The notes beneath the pieces were generated by a model, which was not told the DNA's origin, did not search any database, and saw only the letters and a program-made list of their open reading frames with translations. This document shows, in pieces, positions 23,000 through 36,240 of a stretch of DNA of 64,000 bases (the first letter of the stretch is position 1; each line of letters starts with the position of its first letter). The translations under genes and the position numbers were made by a program. Where the stretch lies: contig CM061251.1 in the NCBI GenBank assembly GCA_022605425.2, positions 372,001 through 436,000 on the forward strand. Reading direction: 5' to 3'. Origin of the DNA: Hamiltosporidium tvaerminnensis FI-OER-3-3. Taxonomy: Eukaryota; Fungi; Microsporidia.

Positions 23000-25900
23000 C
23001 GTTATATTGTTCATAATTGTTCATTAAATTTTCGATTATTCTAAAATTATTTGGGTTAACAGTTCTCATAATAATATCAATCCTCCTTGAATTGTTAAAG
23101 AGTGACAATTTCTTTTGATAGTACATAGAGAAACATAGGTTTTGAAAGCATTTCAGTGATTCGTAATTAAGAATTAAGTGGTTGAATTGGTGTTAATGTT
23201 TTTAGTTAAATCTAAAAATCTTTTGTTAGGAATGATTTAGCAAAAGAGCGGTCGGCTGCAAGAAAAATCCAAAGCGCAAGATAATCCAAGCATTTGAAAC
23301 CCTTTGTTTTAAAAAGAGAATTTTCTTCTAAAAATCCAATGTGTCTTTCAATGCAACTAATATTGGCATATCACACTGTCATGGGTACTTTTTTTAAATC
23401 TCAATATTTACATTTAAGAAGTTTACAAAAAAAGAAACTTGTCGAAGTAAAAGTCCAAATAATAACAAAAGCTGAAGTTATAATTTAAACGTAATATTAA
23501 TTTATATTTTTGAATGAATTAATTCAAACGTTAAAAGGTGTTGATTATTTCACCTAACTATTGATAATGTCAACTGAAAAAAACAAAATTGCCTCCTTTT
23601 GTAAAGAATATTAATAAAGCCGATTGTTAAATATAAAAATCTATGTATAGATATTTTTAGAGAAATACTGAAAGTATTTGATCAAATTAACATTAAGATA
23701 AAATAGTTTATTTTCTAGCTGAACATACTGGTACAATTTTTGAAATGTGAAAGACAAATTGGAAGTAATTTGGCTGGTCAATATAACATACATGTTTTGC
23801 AAAACATCAGCGACTGGTTTCGACCAATATGGCCTTTAAATTGGTTTAGATCATTCGCAATGTCTTAGATATAGATTTCGCAAAAAAAATCTTTAGAATT
23901 CGTATATTTTTAGATCGGTAAACTCACCAATTCCTCATCTTTAGAGGCTAAACATTGATATACTTCGAATATAAATAGTAATATCAAGTAAACAACCGGT
24001 TTCCAAGCTTTTTGCTTTTAGCATAAATATAACGTAAATATACCTCACGGTAACATTAATCTTTTATTTGTATGTAATTTTTTGAAAATTCAAAAAAAAT
24101 TAATATTAAAATATTCAACCTTGTTTGGGTTTATTCATGACAGCTTTTCCGTATTTAAAAAGAAATTGTGGAATTTTTGGGTAATAAAAGAAGTTCGTCT
24201 GTTGCCTTACAAGTTTATCCCAGAATATTCCTGATCTTTGATTTTAAGAAATGGTTAAATTTGATTTCATGTTCATTCAAAAATTAATAAAGAATAGACG
24301 ATGAAGCCAATGAATATTTTAAAATATACATTTTTCAAAATGAATTTTTAGTCAAATAGTAACGGATTACTTAAAATGCTGGAAAAGTAGCTTTGATTAG
24401 GTTAATATTCATTGCCCGACCGACCAGAAGAATCATAATTGTAAAAAAATGCACGAGTATGTCTATAATAACAAAATTACTTCCGTTTTGTAATTTTTTT
24501 TTGAAAACAGCATGTTTAATATTCTTCAGCACTTAGGAAAAATTAGAGTTTAAAGCTAAAATACTGAAAATGAAGTGAAATTTCCATTGCGACAATCTAA
24601 ACTAACAGTTCGAAGAACATTATTAAATTTTTCGAATTTATTATTCATCAAAAAATTACTATTGCTAAATAAATTTCTTTTATATAAATTTATAAAGAGC
24701 TAAAACTGTAAGACTGCCTAACCCTGTAATATTTTTTTACTGTATAAATTAATTCTAATTTGTTGTGCTTCATCTTTAATAATATTATATAATGTAGTAA
24801 ATTCTTTTTTAGCACACTAAACATAATTAAAAATATAAAACAAAAAAATAATGAAGATCTACTTTGGTATTGATATGGAACCAATCAACAGAAAAGTTTT
24901 TAATTCGGTAATTTGATAAATTTTAATAGAATTTCTTCAGTGCTACAGATATTTAAATAGGAAACAAAATAAATTTTTAAGGCCAACCGATTTTTCTTTC
25001 AATTTGCTTCTATTATTCCTTTTTTCTGTAAAACACTATATTTCAAACATCAATCTTTCTTTTATAATCTACGCGGAATATTCAATTCATTTGTTTTACT
25101 ACGCATTTGAGTTTAAAAGATTTTGTATTTTTCTTAATTGCCTTCCTAATTGACGTGTATATTTAAACTTGACATATCTTTTCGTCGATTTGAGATATGT
25201 ATTCTAATTTTGGAATATCTTGAGCTGCATTATAACTAATTAATCCAATTCAAATCCTCTTAATAGATCGAAGGGAATTGTATCTAACGGCTATCCATAA
25301 TATATTAAATGTGTGACTATATTCTTTCAGGCGTAAGACTTTAAAAGTACAACTTGATGATTATAATAATATTGTCTATAGTTATTACATGAATGAATAT
25401 ATCTGAATAAAATCAACAAATTGACTTTTTAAAATTACCAAGAAAAACCTACGCTTAGCTTTCTGGTTTGAAAATTGCAGAAGAATTTAGTTTAGAATAA
25501 AAACAGCTGTAAAGTTTTATAAATCACAAACCAAACAAATGACCAGGCCATTATTAGTATATCTTTTCTAGAGGTTTAAATATGACCGCTTAATGCCTCA
25601 AATATTATCTTTCAAGAATTTCTTGAACCAAATAGATATTTATTTTGTTTGAAGCCAATATCATATTAATTTGAAGTAGATTACTCTGAACTTCAATCAC
25701 CTAATTAAGGCATTTTTTACGTTCATATTTGCAAATCTTTCATAACAAGTTGTTAAATACGTAACCGAACTTGTAGAAATGTTAAAATGTGCGTTTTTCT
25801 TAATATTCCAGGATCAATTTCTATTTTGGAATTAATAAAGACAAAAGACTGACCTATCAGTTGTCAATGCTTAGATTGTTAAGTTGCATATATTTTACTA
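23000..25900 (-). mobile_element. Highly decayed Ty3/gypsy pol relic
   Basis: Minus-strand remnants in order: LLIPK (~25835), DIGFKQ (~25655), FGL (~25532), IDNIII (YxDD site, ~25370), IRNILG..ATDEL (~24195-24235), GHIGRNQ..Y*P (~23775-23835), SVDI (~23570). Confidence 0.6.
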
Positions 25901-27009
25901 TAGCATCATATCTATTTTTTTCAGTACTATAAATTTTAAAACCTATTTTCTTTTTCGTTAGGTAATTTATGGTCTAAATCATTATATACTGCAATCTATG
26001 GCTTATTTTTTCCATTGTAGCTAACCTGAGATGATAATCTATCAAACAAAGTAGTTCAGTTTATAATTTTACACCCATTGGACCAGCTTCTCTTCTGGGT
26101 TAACTTTGTTGTTTTATGGTTCTGCCAAAATGCTTCTGATGTATACAATTTAATATTAACATTGCTTAAATTTTAAATATTTTTTCTAAAAAATTGAACT
26201 ATAATGTAGAATGATAAGGATTTGAGGGCACTGAACATGAATTGCGTTATATATTATAATGTTAATCCAATAACTGTAGCAATTTTTAACTATTTTGAAA
26301 ATAATTCTTGGCTAACGATTTTTGAAAAAATATTGTCTATATTTCTCAAGATATGTCTTTCAGATTTTTTGATTCGTATTTAAGAAATCAAATGTTTGCT
26401 CAATTCATTCGAATCCAGAAAAACACAGGAATTATTCTTTCAAATCAATATACACTCGAAAATATGCCAGCTTTCCAGATAATTCATGTTAAAATCATAT
26501 TTTATAAATGCTCATCTAAAATTGCATCCAAAAACCAATACGGAACACTAAAAAAACATGTATGCCATATTTGCGATAAGTTATTGTACATTCGCTATGA
26601 GCTCATCCGATGCTTAGATAAACATAAAAAACTCCCAAAAAATCGGTTTTTCCAATATAGAATCTTATACAAACAAATTGACTTTGATTGATTACATATG
26701 TATTTATATTTGTGATATTTGCCTAAAAATATCTAAGCATGATGATTTTCTTATATCTAAAAAGAAATAAGCCTATCACATTTATAGCATATATTTGTAC
26801 TTTGTGGAAAAAAAATATCGAATAATTATAAATCACTCGGATTCCATTAAACAAGTTTAACAGTAAGGGAAGATTCGGGTGTCTATATGGTAAAGAATAT
26901 GGATACACAATATTACCGTATTATTTTCCAAAAAAATTAAAATTCAAGTAAAAATTAAGACGAATAAAAATCTTGATAGATAAATCTAACGATACTATTA
27001 ATGTATATT

Positions 27010-27920
27010 AGAGGTTAAACTCGTAGAAACGAACCTTCTTTTACATTCATAAGAGAAAAATGCCGAAATAATCTTAAAATCTAATATCCGTGCTATTTTC
27101 ATAACCTTCGTAATAAGATTTTCTTATTCCCTCCCTGGTCTATTTCGTACTGTTTATTGGTCCTTCATTTCCAAATTATTACCCACATGAAGCAATTTCC
27201 CAATAAAAATTTAGGATTTTTTAATCTGACATTTCTCCGCTTATTTTATATTTACTTACAATTTTTCAGTGCTTCAGCTTTGTTAATAGTCAGTCTATGC
27301 ATTTCCATTTGTTTTTATTCATTCTGTATTTTTTTCTCGAAAAAATTTATTCTTGTGAAGTGTTTTTTTGTCCGAAAAAATCGTGTTTTTTAACGATGGT
27401 ACATTGATTAATCTATTTATTGTATAAATTTTTAGTCATTTTAATTAAAAATCTTTAAATTTCATCCAGTAAAAGTTCCAAGAAGCTATCCAAGCAGAAT
27501 TGTTTTCGCGATTATTATTCAGAATACAAAATCATTTCACATAAATATAGAAGAAAAGCATCAATCTTATCACATAATTGTTTACATAGCCGTAAACTTC
27601 TTTAAAAGAACACAGGCAAGTGATGTAATTTGTTTTTAAAATGAAAACTTTTAAAAATGTAAAAAGACAAATATTATGTTATTCTTGGAAAATAATTTAA
27701 TTTAGAAGAAAATTTACGAATTTTATTTAAATATTTTTTTGGACCAAATAGAATCTTTTTGATTGTTTTATGTTCAGTTCTACTTACATTTATTGGCTGT
27801 AAAGGATTTGTGAACAAATGGAAAGAGACATTTCTTAATTGGAGTACTCTGATTTGTTGTCTTATAATCTTTCAACCAATTAAACATTTTGAGGTGCGTC
27901 ATCGTCGTCGAGAAATTACA
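27010..27920 (-). repeat. ~880-bp dispersed repeat, inverted copy of 43225-44075 (possible Penelope-like 5' remnant)
   Basis: Shared blocks cttatgaatgtaaaaga.gttcgtttctacg, aaacacttcacaa.aataa, and gacgac..cacctc.aaatgtttaa. Confidence 0.75.
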
Positions 27921-28815
27921 TTTTTATTCCAATAATGTTTTCATATGTTTGAAAAGATCATTTACTTCTTAAAAATCTTAAATTCAATATTTCTTTAATA
28001 TAAATATTACTTTCTTACAATTGATATTTAGCTAATATGATTTAAAAATCTTAATTTTTTCAAGATATCTTAGTTCATAAAACATATCCTTAGCTATATT
28101 AGAATAATATTCTTTAAGGCTTGTTAAGGTTAGTAGATTCGCTTTTAAAATCAATTCAAGACTAAAGGCTCTTAGAAATATAATATCAGTAGACTAACAT
28201 ATCCAAAGTAAAATAAATTAATTGCTTTTTAGCGTTTTACCACGTTATTTTGTAATTATATTTAAGCTTGTTTCTCAGTGAATAATTAAATATTAAATAA
28301 AAATCTATTATAAATTTATTGTGCGAATATTAAAAACATTTGGAGTTATTTTTTCTATTAAGTCTATTAAATAAAAAAATTACTGAGGAATTTTAGGTTA
28401 AAAAGTGTAAATTACCGAAAAAACATAACGAATATTTTTGATTTCTGATTGATTTTACTTGCTTAAAATACAATAAATGTTAAATTTAAACTAATTATCC
28501 TGTTGTATTTACAACACTTTTCTACAATTTATACTTTCACTATTGTAAGTTTTTTAAACAAATATAAACAAAATATTTATTTTTATCGCTTCACAAAGAT
28601 CTTCAAATATAAGTACAATCATGTAATAATAAAAATCACTTTTGACAACAAATTCGGTTTCATATATTAAATCTCTATCATTTAATCAATTTGTGTCTTT
28701 ATGTTTTAATTAGGAATACTGACAGGTATTTTAACAAGAATGAAACATTGCACCAAACGCTTTCTATAAAAAATTTTGCATCATACCTGTAATACCACGT
28801 TTTTTTGTAAATAAA

Positions 28816-29799
28816 ATGTTAAAAATATTATTTTATTTATTACAGATCGTATGTTCAAAAGAAAATGCAGTCATTTTAGTTCTTTGTAGAAATAGCGATC
28901 TAAAAGGAATCAAGAAGACGATAATTAACTTTGAAGATACCTTTAACAAACAATACAACTATCCCTATGTATTTCTAAACGATAAAGTTTTTACCGAGGA
29001 ATTTAAAAACGGTATAAAAGAAGTTACATCTAGTTTGGTAGAATTCGGACAAATTTCATCTAAAGATTGGAATCCCCCACCGTGGATAGACATGGAAAAG
29101 GTTAAATATGGAATAGAAAAAATGAAAAAAACCAATGTTCCGTATGCAGATTCACTTTCATATAGAAACATGTGTAGGTTTTTTTCCGGTTTTTTTTATA
29201 GACATCCATTGGTTCAAAAATACGATTTTTACTGGAGATTAGAACCAGGCGTAACGTATTACTGCTATTTAGACTTCGATCCATTTAAATTCATGAGAGA
29301 AAAAAATAAACTTTACGGATTCGTCATCACAATGGTAGATTTTCTAGAATCGATTCCAACTCTCTGGCAAACAACATCAGAATACTTACATTTTTACGAA
29401 AATTATCTTCCCAATATTTTTATAGAAAGTTTTATTTTTGATGAAAATTTAAATTATAACGGCTGCCATTTCTGGTCAAACTTTGAAATTGCCTCTTTTC
29501 AAATGTATAGAAATACAACATACCAGACATATTTTGATTGGTTAGATAGATCAGGCGGTTTCTACTATGAAAGATGGGGAGATGCACCTGTGCATTCATT
29601 AGCAGCATGTCTTTTTCTCGGAAGAGATAAAATACACTTTTTTAATAATATCGGATATAAACACGGTAGTTTTATACATTGTCCGCCACAAGAAATACAT
29701 AGTTATAGATGTACATGTAAACCTGAAAAATCTATGAGTTTCAAAATGGATTATTCGTGTCTTAAAAATTATTTATACGAAATAAAATATTTATCATAA
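28816..29799 (+). CDS. Alpha-1,2-mannosyltransferase, GT15 (KRE2/MNT1/KTR family)
   Basis: YPYVFLND, SYRNMCRFFSGFF, YWRLEP, CHFWSNFEI, GGFYYERWGDAP. Confidence 0.95.
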   Translation: MLKILFYLLQIVCSKENAVILVLCRNSDLKGIKKTIINFEDTFNKQYNYPYVFLNDKVFTEEFKNGIKEVTSSLVEFGQISSKDWNPPPWIDMEKVKYGIEKMKKTNVPYADSLSYRNMCRFFSGFFYRHPLVQKYDFYWRLEPGVTYYCYLDFDPFKFMREKNKLYGFVITMVDFLESIPTLWQTTSEYLHFYENYLPNIFIESFIFDENLNYNGCHFWSNFEIASFQMYRNTTYQTYFDWLDRSGGFYYERWGDAPVHSLAACLFLGRDKIHFFNNIGYKHGSFIHCPPQEIHSYRCTCKPEKSMSFKMDYSCLKNYLYEIKYLS

Positions 29800-30177
29800 A
29801 TTTTTGTAAAATTGCCAATCAAGATTCTTTATGATTTAAAAGACTAAATTACTTTGTTATTTTAAAATATAATCCTATTAATGAACCCTTCATAAATTAT
29901 TCTACCTTTTATTGCTTTAGCAACAATGATTTAATTGTACTCCCCTGAATATTCTCTATTATTTAATTATCTTAAATCTATCTATTCTTCAATTGTTTGA
30001 TTATCTATTGGGTATGAAATATTTGCCGCCTAAATATTTATTTACAATATATCGATTAACACAGAACCATATCTTATTCTCAAACCTCTATTAAGGCATA
30101 ACCATCTATGTTTTCTATTAAAATCTGTAAATAAAACATTTTTCTATTCAATTTTCATCCTCTAATCTTTACCCTCA

Positions 30178-30765
30178 ATGGAAGACTTTACTATCGATAA
30201 TTTGTTAGTTCAAAAGAAATTTAAAAATGAAAAGGATTTAAAAGAATACGCTTTAAACATCCGTAGGTCAATACAAGACTACGAAATATTTTTATATGAA
30301 AATGACAAGTATTCAAACCAAGAAGAAGAAAAAATAAAAGAAATGAGAAAAAGATTATCAGAATATATAACAATAACAACCAAAAATATAAAAAACACGC
30401 CCAAAGAGGAAATAAAAGAAGAACATAAAGAAATATTTGAGACGGTTAAACTTGTAGCACGACAAGTAACCAAAGCAGATGTAAATACACAGTTATTAGA
30501 AAAAAGTACTTTAAAACTTAAAGGATTGAATTATTCTAATAAAGAAATTGAAAGAGAAATACAAAATACAAGAAATAATATACTTAGAAGTAAAAAAGAA
30601 GAAAGAAAAGAAATAATATGTTTAATTATAGGATTTCTTGTATTTATTGGTGTTTGTTTTTATATAATACTTGATAGACTTCATGTTGCTAAATTTATTG
30701 TATTTTTAATAAGAAATTGTTTATTTCGTCTTAATAATGTACCGAATAGATCAGATGAGACATAA
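30178..30765 (+). CDS. Sec20-like tail-anchored SNARE
   Basis: Heptad QVTKADVNTQLLEKSTLKLKGL followed by a C-terminal TM IICLIIGFLVFIGVCFYIILDRL, as in Sec20; CCC motif upstream. Confidence 0.7.
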   Translation: MEDFTIDNLLVQKKFKNEKDLKEYALNIRRSIQDYEIFLYENDKYSNQEEEKIKEMRKRLSEYITITTKNIKNTPKEEIKEEHKEIFETVKLVARQVTKADVNTQLLEKSTLKLKGLNYSNKEIEREIQNTRNNILRSKKEERKEIICLIIGFLVFIGVCFYIILDRLHVAKFIVFLIRNCLFRLNNVPNRSDET

Positions 30766-30849
30766 ATATTAAAATTTTTACTTTCCTATCTTATAAATTT
30801 TATATTTATCATAAATTAATGAGCAAGATTTATTTCTTAAAATCTTTTA

Positions 30850-31482
30850 TTTTATTTTCTATCTTATTGATCCATTATATTTTAATCGAGGATTTAAATC
30901 AAAAATCTATAATTTATTTTAAACATTATTTCATTTTCTATCTTATTGATCCATTATATCTTAATCAGGATTTAACTCAAAAATCTATAATTTATTTTAA
31001 AGATTGTTTTATTTTCTATCTTATTGATCCATTATATTTTAATCAGGATTTAACTCAAAAATCTATAATTTATTTTAAAGATTGTTTTATTTTCTATCTT
31101 ATTGATCCATTATATTTTAATCAGGATATATATCAAAAATCTATAATTTATTTTAAACATTATTTTATTTTCTATCTTATTGATCCATTATATTTTAATC
31201 AGGATTTAACTCAAAAATCTATAATTTATTTTAAAGATTGTTTTATTTTCTATCTTATTGATCCATTATATTTTAATCAGGATTTAACTCAAAAATCTAT
31301 AATTTATTTTAAAGATTGTTTTATTTTCTATCTTATTGATCCATTATATCTTAATCAGGATTTAACTCAAAAATCCATAATTTATTTTAAACATTGTTTT
31401 ATTTTCTATCTTATTGATCCATTTTATTTTAATCAGGATTTAAATCAAAAATCTATAATTTATTTTAAAGATTGTTTTATTT
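30850..31482. repeat. 78-bp tandem repeat x8
   Basis: tctatcttattgatcc starts at 30858, 30937, 31015, 31093, 31171, 31249, 31327, 31405; no unique spacers. Confidence 0.95.
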
Positions 31483-32638
31483 CAAAATTACATTTTTTAA
31501 TATTTACATATTTTATCTCTTATAATATATTTCTTCAATCAACATTAAATAAATTAAAAAAAATATAAATTTATTGCAAATTAGATTAATAAAAGAATTT
31601 TAGATAGGAAGGATGAAGTATTGATTTAAAGATTTTTTTACCTTAAAAAATACATTTAGTGTATTAAGAATTAATGGTAGAAACAATGATATCCTAATAA
31701 ATTAAAAATAATATTTTTTTAAATTATAGTAAATAGAATATAATTTATATTAATTTTGAGTTTTTTACTGTAGGAATACTTTATTTCTAATACATACTTT
31801 TAATTTTTGGTATAAATTTTCGTAAATAGAAATGCTTACAAAATTTATTTTATTAAAATTTTATTTCTTAAAAATTACTTTGGTTGGGAACAGGTCTAAT
31901 TTTACTTTGAGAATTACTTTAAAATGAACAAAATTATTTTATATTCGTTAATGAGATAATACATTTAAGAATTTTTGATGAGATATACTAATATGTATTT
32001 TATAATTAAATCAGCTCCAAAATCCGTATTTAAATACATGAATAACATCTGGTAAAAAAAATCAAAGGATAAACGACATATAAACCAAAATAATATCATG
32101 TGGAAACCATGAACTATTATTAGAAACAAGTAAGTTAGGCAAATACTTTTTTATAAAAAAAATATAAATTAACTTCAATAATTAGTTTCTAAATTTTAAA
32201 ATTTAAAATTTTCTTGTTTATCTAGTGAAGTAGATTTGTAAATGTGTACAATCTACAAAGCAAAAGTTTATTTTAATATATTTATTTACTTATAAGAAAA
32301 ATATAAATCCAGAGGAACTATTGAAAGAAAGCATTAGAATAAATATTCTATAATCTATACTAATTAAAACTTTTCTTAATATTTCTACTCATTTTATTTT
32401 ATTATTCTTTAAATCATAGTTGATTTTTAATACAATGTTGGATAATAATACAAATACAATTAAATAAAATTTAAGACATTTAAACATATATTATTCTATT
32501 ACAATAAAACTACTAAGTACTTGAATTTATTTTAGTCTGATAGGAATTCAAAAGAAATTTATAAAAAGTTTATTTATTTAATTAAAAATTTATTTTTAAA
32601 AAATAAAAAAAGTTTTACTACCTGAGTAAAATATTTAG

Positions 32639-32850
32639 TGTGGAAAGAAGATGTCCACATTTAAAACTATCTGATTGTGAATGTGTGCGTGAAATTGTTG
32701 TTAAAATCGATGTTGATATTTTAGTGTGATATAAACCACATTAAATCTATAGGAAATCCCTTATAATCCCGAGTTACAACTGATTAAAAGAGACAAGTGG
32801 AAAATTCGCTGTTTTTAATACTGGACACCGAAAGGTAAAAGAGGAAATGA
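32639..32850 (+). repeat. Short sibling of the 725-bp element (5' ~110 bp shared, different 3' part)
   Basis: tgtggaaagaagatgtccacatttaaaactatctgattgtgaatgtgtgcgtgaaattg...aaaccacatta aligns with the 5' end of 36990 and 10986. Confidence 0.65.
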
Positions 32851-33306
32851 ATAAATATGTAAGTAAAATATTTCCATTTAAAATTATTTAAGAACCGAAA
32901 ATTAATCTTGAAATCATAAGATTTTGTGAAATAATGGTTATTTCTTATAAATGAAAGATATTTTAGATATGAATATTTCTTATAAAATGAAAGATATTTT
33001 AGCTCTGTTTATTTCTTTAAACAGATAAAATATTAACTAGACTTAATATTTCTTTAAAAATTTTAAATGTTTTATAGATATAAATATTTCTTTACCTACA
33101 AAAAATATTAAATAGATCTAAATTTTAATTAAATTATTTCTTTTTATAATATTATTGATTATTTATACTTTTTGATTTTACAAGTCATCAAATTGTTTTA
33201 TCTGTGTTTAAGATTTAAAACGAAACAAATGTGTTTTTTATATAAAATACAAGGAACATAAATCTTTTAAAAATTATTTTGTAAACGAAATATAAACAAA
33301 GAAAAA

Positions 33307-34347
33307 ATGTTTTTATTGCTTTTTACGTTTTATTTTGTAATATATTTGGGTAAAGAAAATGCGGTAATAATCGTTTTAAGCAAAAATGACGAATTAGAGA
33401 AGATTTTAAAGTGTTTGAATACGTTTGAAAGAATGTTTAATTCAAAATATAGGTATCCGTATGTGTTTTTTAATGATAGTGAATTTAGTGAGGAGTATAA
33501 AAATAAGATTAGAGATGTGATTTCATCAACGGTTGAGTTTGGTTTGTTGAGTAGTGAAGAATGGGGAGTGCCTGGTTTTATTGATAATGAGAAAATGTTT
33601 AAAAAAATACGTGAGATGAAAAAGAAGAATATTAAATATGGTGGTTTACTTTCTTATAGAAAGATGTGTAGGTTTTATTCGGGTTTCTTCTATAGAAATG
33701 AGTTGGTAGCCAAGTATGATTATTATTGGAGAATTGAACCTGATATCGAATTTTTTTGTGAAATCAAATACGATCCTTTTTTATTTGTGAAGAATACTAA
33801 TAAGAAATACGGATTTGTGATCTCAGTTATTGAGATTATGGAAACTGTTCCTACGTTATGGAATGCTGTTTCTGATTTTATAGAAGTATACGACAAAAAA
33901 TATCCAAATTACAAAATGAAAGAAAGAATGAAGAATATTAAGAATAAAGATAAAGACGGAGATAATTATAAAGATGATTATGGAAATCTAAGGTTTGTGA
34001 CTGATGGGCATGGATTCAATGGGTGTCATTTTTGGTCAAATTTTGAAATTGCTGCTTTTGATTTCTTCCGAAGTAAAATTTATTCGGATTTTTTTAACTT
34101 TTTAGATCGTAAAGGTGGTTTCTTCTACGAAAGATGGGGAGATGCTCCGATACATTCGATTGCTGTAAGTTTATTTCTTAAGAAAAACGAAATTCATTTT
34201 TTTGGCGACATAGGATATTACCATCCGCCTGTAACTTATTGTCCCAGTTTTAAACAAAACTCATTGTGTAAGTGTGACAGAGAAAAATCTTTTAATTATA
34301 AACGGAAAACTTGCCTCGATAAACTTGAAATAAAACAATATCTATAA
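33307..34347 (+). CDS. Alpha-1,2-mannosyltransferase, GT15 paralogue 2
   Basis: SYRKMCRFYSGFF, YWRIEPD, CHFWSNFEI, ERWGDAP; extra K/D-rich loop before the HFWSNFEI motif. Confidence 0.95.
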   Translation: MFLLLFTFYFVIYLGKENAVIIVLSKNDELEKILKCLNTFERMFNSKYRYPYVFFNDSEFSEEYKNKIRDVISSTVEFGLLSSEEWGVPGFIDNEKMFKKIREMKKKNIKYGGLLSYRKMCRFYSGFFYRNELVAKYDYYWRIEPDIEFFCEIKYDPFLFVKNTNKKYGFVISVIEIMETVPTLWNAVSDFIEVYDKKYPNYKMKERMKNIKNKDKDGDNYKDDYGNLRFVTDGHGFNGCHFWSNFEIAAFDFFRSKIYSDFFNFLDRKGGFFYERWGDAPIHSIAVSLFLKKNEIHFFGDIGYYHPPVTYCPSFKQNSLCKCDREKSFNYKRKTCLDKLEIKQYL

Positions 34348-35271
34348 TAAATATTTGAAAGTTATCAAATCAAATATTTTAAAATGTTTAAAAGTTAGAA
34401 TATAAAAGCATTTTGTGATAAATAATAAAAAATTAAAATTAAACTAAACATTTGGTAAAAATATTATATATTGCATTAGAATATAATAAACACGGTACTT
34501 GTAATTGGGCTTAGTAATATTTTTATATTCAAAGACAGTTTAAATAAATCTATAACGTACTACAACAACAATTAATTATTTACAATAATTGTTAATAATA
34601 TTCTTTTAAATGTAATATGTTGAGAAGAAAACCACAAATTAAATTATTTTCATGTATTTTGTTTAATTTAAAAAATAAAATAAATTATACGTTATATTTT
34701 ATATAAAACCTATTATTAATCAAAGAAATTCAGTATTTTTAAAAACTAAGTTTGATTGTTTAGAAGCTGCACCTTTTAATACTTTAAATATTTCCGTTGC
34801 AAAAGACAAAAATATTTAAATAAACGTTTCGACAATAAAAAAAACATTTTTAAAGGTTTAAATAATATAAAACCAGATAGATATTAGTTTATTAAAATAT
34901 GTTTTAAATATAAATTTAATCTGTGGTTCTAAATATAGAATTTTAATTAATTTAAGACCCTGGTAATTAATTTATTGTAATACAATATCTTAATTAAATT
35001 ACAATAGTAGTAATTTTATAATTTACAAAAAAATTAAAAATAGGATTCGTTTTAAAACCTTGCTATGACCATAAGTAATTTTAGAAACAAATAACCAAAA
35101 ACAAAAAGAACTTTTTTCACAAAATAAATAAAAAAATATGAAAACTTAATTTTATAAACAAATTAAAAAAAATGGAAAATATTGTTTTTTTAAAATATAT
35201 AATACAATGTATCAAACATTTATTGTTATTTTAACAGAAAAAAAAGACTTGAAACAAAAAATAAACAAATT

Positions 35272-36240
35272 ATGTTTCTTCTTTTGTATTTTATTTTACA
35301 GATACTTACCAAAGAGAATGCCGTGATAGTAATTCTATGTAGAAATGAAGAGATGAACCAAATAAGTGAAAGTATAAAGAACTTTGAAGAAATATTTAAC
35401 AAGCAGTATAATTATCCGTACGTTTTTTTAAATGACAATGATTTTACCGAAGAATTCAAATCAAAGATTAAAAGTGTTGTTAGTTCAACAGTAGAATTTG
35501 GTAAAATAAATTATCCAATGTGGGGACCACCTAAACATATAAATATGGATAAAGCAAAAGAAAATATGAAATCTTTAGAAAGCCAAAATATAATTTATGG
35601 CGGTTCTCTATCGTACAGAAATATGTGTAGATTTTTTTCAGGATATTTTTATAGGCACGACTTAGTTAAAAAGTACGATTATTATTGGAGAATAGAACCT
35701 GGTGTTAAATTTTTTTGTAAGATGAATTATGATCCATTTAAGTTTTTAAGAGAATCCAAAAAAGAATATGGATTCGTAATTACGATTAGAGAATATATGC
35801 AGACAATACCCACACTATGGGATGCGACTAAAGAGTTCCTGTCTTTACACCGAAATAAAATTAATATACCTGTTTTGGATTTTATATTTAACGACGATTT
35901 ATCATATAACGGATGTCATTTTTGGTCAAATTTTGAAATTGCCGCATTCTCTTTTTTTAGATCAGATATATACCAAAAATACTTCGATTTTTTAGATTCT
36001 AAAGGTGGATTCTATTATGAAAGATGGGGCGATGCCCCAATCCATTCACTAGCTGCTAATTTGTTTTTAGGAAAAGATAAAATACATTTTTTTGAAGACA
36101 TAGGATATGAGCACCCACCATATCAACACTGCCCCAAATCACCTTCTAGATTAACGGAATGTACCTGTACGCCAAATAATTCAATAGATATGGCCCAGTA
36201 CTCCTGTTTAAAAGAATACTTCGTCAGTTTTTTAAAATAA
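35272..36240 (+). CDS. Alpha-1,2-mannosyltransferase, GT15 paralogue 3
   Basis: SYRNMCRFFSG, YWRIEPG, CHFWSNFEI, GGFYYERWGDAP. Confidence 0.95.
   Translation: MFLLLYFILQILTKENAVIVILCRNEEMNQISESIKNFEEIFNKQYNYPYVFLNDNDFTEEFKSKIKSVVSSTVEFGKINYPMWGPPKHINMDKAKENMKSLESQNIIYGGSLSYRNMCRFFSGYFYRHDLVKKYDYYWRIEPGVKFFCKMNYDPFKFLRESKKEYGFVITIREYMQTIPTLWDATKEFLSLHRNKINIPVLDFIFNDDLSYNGCHFWSNFEIAAFSFFRSDIYQKYFDFLDSKGGFYYERWGDAPIHSLAANLFLGKDKIHFFEDIGYEHPPYQHCPKSPSRLTECTCTPNNSIDMAQYSCLKEYFVSFLK

Noticed and set aside
30850-31482. CRISPR array
   Set aside because: Units are contiguous near-identical 78-mers with no unique spacers, there are no cas genes, and the context is eukaryotic.
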